A stretch of DNA of 64,000 nt from assembly GCA_963840855.1 (NCBI GenBank), contig CAWJBB010000046.1, forward strand, positions 32,001-96,000, written 5' to 3'. Within the stretch, counting starts at the first letter, position 1. Every line of letters begins with the position of its first letter. Source of the stretch: an uncultured delta proteobacterium. GTDB taxonomy: Bacteria; Desulfobacterota; Binatia; UBA9968. Of this stretch, positions 60,649 to 64,000 are shown piece after piece. The notes under the pieces are model-generated. The model did not search any database. It had not been told where the DNA came from and worked only from the letters and a program-made list of their open reading frames with translations. The translations under genes were made by a program, and so were the position numbers.

Positions 60649-62179
60649 TAGCGCCGCAAAGGCTGTCATTTACTGCCGGGTCTCAACCAAGGAGGAAACT
60701 CAGAACCTGAGTCTACCAACACAACAAAAGATGTGCCGTGAGTATTGCGATAAACAGGGGTTGTCCGTGGCCCGGGTGTTTGTCGAGGAGGGCGAGTCGG
60801 CGAAAACAAGGGACCGGACTCAGCTCCGCGAATTACTTGATTACTGCCGCGAAAAAAGGGGGCTTATCCAGCACGTAGTTGTTTATCGAGTGGACCGATT
60901 TGCACGACAGCAACATGACCACGTAATCCTTCGAGCGCAACTGATGAAATTCGGCGTTACGTTAAAATCTGCTACGGAGCCAGTAAGCGAAGATTCAACT
61001 GGCAAGCTGATGGAGAATATTCTTTCGTCGTTTGCGCAATTCGATAATGATGTTCGATCTGAGCGCACGGTTGCTGGTATGAAGGCGGCGTTGATGGAAG
61101 GACGTTGGACTTTTGGGGCTCCGATTGGATATCGCCGAAAGCTCGATAGTGTGGGACGAGAGACGCTTGAGCCAGACCCTACGAGCGGTCCGTTGGTGAA
61201 AATGGCTTTCGAGCTTTACGCTACCGGGTTGCACTCGAAGAGTGAGGTTTTGCGGAAGATAACTGCAATGGGCTTGCGCACCCGGAACGGCAAGAAACTT
61301 ACGGCTCAGACTTTTCAAGAATTGCTGCGCAAGTCGATCTATGCCGGTCTGATTTCGGTACGGAGTTGGGGGATTGAGCGCGTGAAAGGTGATTTTGAGC
61401 CACTCGTATCAGTGGATCTATTTGACCGAGTGCAGGACGTATTGGATGGGCGAGCACTAGCGGTCACGCCACACCAACGCAATCACCAAGACTTTTCCCT
61501 AAGACGTTTTACAAGCTGCGCGGACTGCGGGCTGCCGATCACGGGCAGTTGGTCAAAAGGCCGAGCACAGCGTTACGCCTATTATCGGTGCCGAAATTCC
61601 AAATGCCTAACTGTCAAAGTCTCAAAGGATCAGTTCGAGCGAGAGTTCGCGGAGTTTTTAAGCGGTATGCGGCCGAGAGCTGAATATGTGCGGCTATTCC
61701 GTGAGATCGTCTTGGACGTATGGAAGCGCAAGCAGGGCGACGCGAAGGGGGTTAGCGCCGCCATAGAGCAACGTATTAAGGAGATCGAAGGCAAACGCCA
61801 AAAGCTTCTTGACGCGCACGTCTATCAGAAAACGCTTGATGCTGAACTCTACAGACGCGAAGATGACCGACTGTCGCAGGAGATCGCGCTAGCTCGAATG
61901 GAGTTGCATGAAGCTCAAATCGAGCAGATAGACATCGAAGGCGTGCTTGGATTTGCGGAGACGGTCATCCTCGATGCGCGTCGCGTGTGGATAGAAGGAA
62001 CGTTAGATCAGCGCCAGCGACTTCAAAAAGTACTTTTCCCGAAGGGTGTGAGCTATTCAAACCAGACTGGATTTGGAACCACAGAAACGAGTTTGTTTTT
62101 CAGGTGGTTAGCGCTCGTGCAGGAGAAAAAAGATGGTTTGGCGTCCCCGACGGGATTTGAACCCGTGTTATCGGCGTGA
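60626..62179 (+). CDS. Large serine recombinase (resolvase, recombinase, Zn-ribbon and coiled-coil domains)
   Basis: IYCRVST (catalytic Ser), YRVDRFAR, APIGY, CADCG..YYRC...C; start at GTG 60626 or ATG 60527. Confidence 0.95.
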   Translation: MKRKTETNSAAKAVIYCRVSTKEETQNLSLPTQQKMCREYCDKQGLSVARVFVEEGESAKTRDRTQLRELLDYCREKRGLIQHVVVYRVDRFARQQHDHVILRAQLMKFGVTLKSATEPVSEDSTGKLMENILSSFAQFDNDVRSERTVAGMKAALMEGRWTFGAPIGYRRKLDSVGRETLEPDPTSGPLVKMAFELYATGLHSKSEVLRKITAMGLRTRNGKKLTAQTFQELLRKSIYAGLISVRSWGIERVKGDFEPLVSVDLFDRVQDVLDGRALAVTPHQRNHQDFSLRRFTSCADCGLPITGSWSKGRAQRYAYYRCRNSKCLTVKVSKDQFEREFAEFLSGMRPRAEYVRLFREIVLDVWKRKQGDAKGVSAAIEQRIKEIEGKRQKLLDAHVYQKTLDAELYRREDDRLSQEIALARMELHEAQIEQIDIEGVLGFAETVILDARRVWIEGTLDQRQRLQKVLFPKGVSYSNQTGFGTTETSLFFRWLALVQEKKDGLASPTGFEPVLSA

Positions 62180-62216
62180 AAGGCCGGTGTCCTGGGCCGG
62201 GCTAGACGACGGGGAC
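62139..62216 (-). tRNA. tRNA-Glu (TTC)
   Basis: GTCCCCG acceptor, anticodon loop CTTTCAC, GGTTCAAATCC T-arm, encoded CCA. Confidence 0.95.
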
Positions 62217-62220
62217 GCGG

Positions 62221-62296
62221 TGGTGAGCCGTGCTGGATTCGAACCAGCGACCCTCTGCTTAAAAGGCAGATGCTCTACCGCCTGAGCTAACGGCTC
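62221..62296 (-). tRNA. tRNA-Lys (TTT)
   Basis: GAGCCGTTAGCTCAG..CTTTTAA..GGTTCGAATCC..ACCA. Confidence 0.96.
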
Positions 62297-62318
62297 GCTG
62301 GCGTGAGTTGAAGCAATT

Positions 62319-62347
62319 TTAATAGCGGGAATAGGGCGGTAAGTCAA
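62319..62347 (-). promoter_or_regulatory. Sigma70-like promoter of the tRNA operon
   Basis: TTGACT-N17-TATTAA on the minus strand. Confidence 0.55.
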
Positions 62348-62561
62348 TAAATCCGCGCCATGTTTACGCCACGTTGTGATTCATCAAGCGCGTGTTGATC
62401 GCCACATCAGCCGGTAAATTGGCAAACAGGAGTTATCTCATTGTGACCCTAAACAGGGAGGGCGAGAGGACTGAGAAAGCCAGTTTTCAGTGATTGCCGG
62501 AATTATCAACCAGCGCTATAAAGGCTACAGCGATTTCGGTCTTTCTCGGAAGGAAAAGCAA

Positions 62562-63872
62562 GTGAAGACAAAACGAGTGCTGTCGATTTTTGTTTTGGTG
62601 ATTCTATATATAATCTCTGGCGTTTCAATCGCCTCTGGGCAAAGTAACCCGGCGTATATTCAATTTTCGCCTGGTGAAGTGAAGGGCGCTCTCTACAAGC
62701 CCGACTCCGGACCGGCGCCTCATGTGGGCATACTCGTGATGCATCGTACATCGAACGTTATGGCAAGTTTGGCCTGTACGGAGCCGGCAAAGAGAGGGTT
62801 CATGGTCCTCTGCATGAACCCGCGTTCAGATAATAACGAAGCTTTGGTCAGATGGGAAACCATCGCATTGGACGTGAGGTCGGGAGTCAATTTTCTTAGA
62901 AAACAACCAGGCATCACGAAGGTTCTACTTCTGGGTGGCAGCGGAGGAGGGCCGACGATGAGCTTTTATCAGGCGGTGGCGGAAAAGGGTCCTTCTTACT
63001 GCCAGGGGCCTAACAAGCTCGTCCAATGCGGCAATGATCTTGCCAATCTACCTCGTGCCGATGGGATCATATTCAGGGATGCGCATCCGGGAAATCCAGT
63101 GAACGGCATAAGGAGCCTGAATCCGGCGATTATCAACGAGGGTCGACCCGATCAAAAGAATCCCGAGCTGGATCCTTTTAGTCCGGAGAACGGGTATAAC
63201 CCGAAAGGACCATCGAATTATTCCGAGTCGTTCAAGAAAAAATATTTCAAGGCGCAGGCAGACCGGATGAACAGGTTAATCGACGACGCGCTGAGGAAGG
63301 TCGCACTGATGAAGGAAGGCAAATACCATTACCCCGATGACGATGCTTTCGTCGTCGTCGGCGGCGCCGGAGCGCGACTCATGGAGATGGACTTGAGCAT
63401 CCATCACAGTACGGTGAGGCCGCAAAAATTACTGAAGAACGACGGCAGCATCGTAACGGAGATCGTGAAAAGTGTTCGGCGGGCCAATCCATCACTGGCC
63501 AGCCAAAGCGCGACTTTCGAGAACGGGACGCGGTTCTTGACGGTAAGATCCTTTCTAAGCGCGAATGCGACACGGGGCACTGATTCCATGGATGGAATCG
63601 ATGATTGCTCCACCAACAATTCTACCCCCTGCGCCCTCCGCAGTATTTCGGTACCGGTGCTCATTGGCGCCATGGGGGCACACTACTTCATACGGGATAA
63701 CGAGATGCATTATGAAGTTGCGGCAAGCGCCGATAAGGATTTCATTGTGATCGAGGGGGCGACTCATGGAATCACGCCATGCGTCCGCTGCGAACAAACT
63801 CCGGGGCAGTACTCGAACAGCGTCAAGAATTTTTTTGACTACGTGGCCAAATGGGTCAACGCCCGGTTCTGA
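62562..63872 (+). CDS. Secreted alpha/beta-hydrolase-fold protein
   Basis: Signal peptide; LGGSGGG nucleophile elbow; IEGATH; start uncertain (62490 or 62562). Confidence 0.75.
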   Translation: MKTKRVLSIFVLVILYIISGVSIASGQSNPAYIQFSPGEVKGALYKPDSGPAPHVGILVMHRTSNVMASLACTEPAKRGFMVLCMNPRSDNNEALVRWETIALDVRSGVNFLRKQPGITKVLLLGGSGGGPTMSFYQAVAEKGPSYCQGPNKLVQCGNDLANLPRADGIIFRDAHPGNPVNGIRSLNPAIINEGRPDQKNPELDPFSPENGYNPKGPSNYSESFKKKYFKAQADRMNRLIDDALRKVALMKEGKYHYPDDDAFVVVGGAGARLMEMDLSIHHSTVRPQKLLKNDGSIVTEIVKSVRRANPSLASQSATFENGTRFLTVRSFLSANATRGTDSMDGIDDCSTNNSTPCALRSISVPVLIGAMGAHYFIRDNEMHYEVAASADKDFIVIEGATHGITPCVRCEQTPGQYSNSVKNFFDYVAKWVNARF

Positions 63873-63896
63873 TTTCCGTTGGAAGGGTCGGCGCCA

Positions 63897-64000
63897 ATGG
63901 AAACTGTAAGACTTGCCTACCGCGATGTAGACCGATTGCCGGTCATCCATTGCATTAAAGAAATGGCTCTCCAGCACTACGGCGTCGACGTTCGTGATTT
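63897..64000 (+). CDS. 3'-partial CDS running off the window (possibly SBP fold)
   Basis: METVRLAYRDVDRLPVIHCIKEMA..., open to the window end. Confidence 0.45.
   Translation, partial: METVRLAYRDVDRLPVIHCIKEMALQHYGVDVRD

Larger units (their letters stand above)
46796..62147. mobile_element. Integrative element (~15.3 kb) at the tRNA-Glu 3' end, encoding a large serine recombinase
   Basis: Direct repeat TTTGGCGTCCC at 46796-46806 and 62137-62147; recombinase abuts and overlaps tRNA-Glu; XRE/ImmA module; IS debris in cargo. Confidence 0.85.

Noticed and set aside
46796-62147. Prophage or conjugative ICE
   Set aside because: No structural, terminase, relaxase or T4SS genes are visible.

Overview
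GC-rich bacterial chromosomal window. The gene content and intergenic repeats resemble a deltaproteobacterial, Binatota-like organism; this is an inference from style, not a lookup. About 1-32 kb is accessory catabolic and transport genes: a xanthine-dehydrogenase-family Mo-hydroxylase operon, UbiD, a Rieske oxygenase, many orphan substrate-binding proteins, tungstate ABC tupABC, amidohydrolases and an LLM oxidoreductase. About 32-45 kb is mostly housekeeping (hisS-aspS, cofH, def, dnaE2). About 45.5-62.2 kb is a tandem genomic-island region at the 3' end of a tRNA-Lys/tRNA-Glu operon. Main observation 1: a ~15.3 kb element (46796-62147) whose large serine recombinase gene is split by its own att site. 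The integrated gene borrows its C-terminus from the antisense tRNA-Glu, while a matching in-frame 27-codon alternative C-terminus ending in -AA sits at the far end of the island. Main observation 2: inside the island are three transposase-less copies of a structured ~150-nt non-coding element resembling IS110-family non-coding ends (candidate orphan bridge RNAs). Several single-base frameshifts may be assembly errors. All calls come from reading the sequence; no searches were run.
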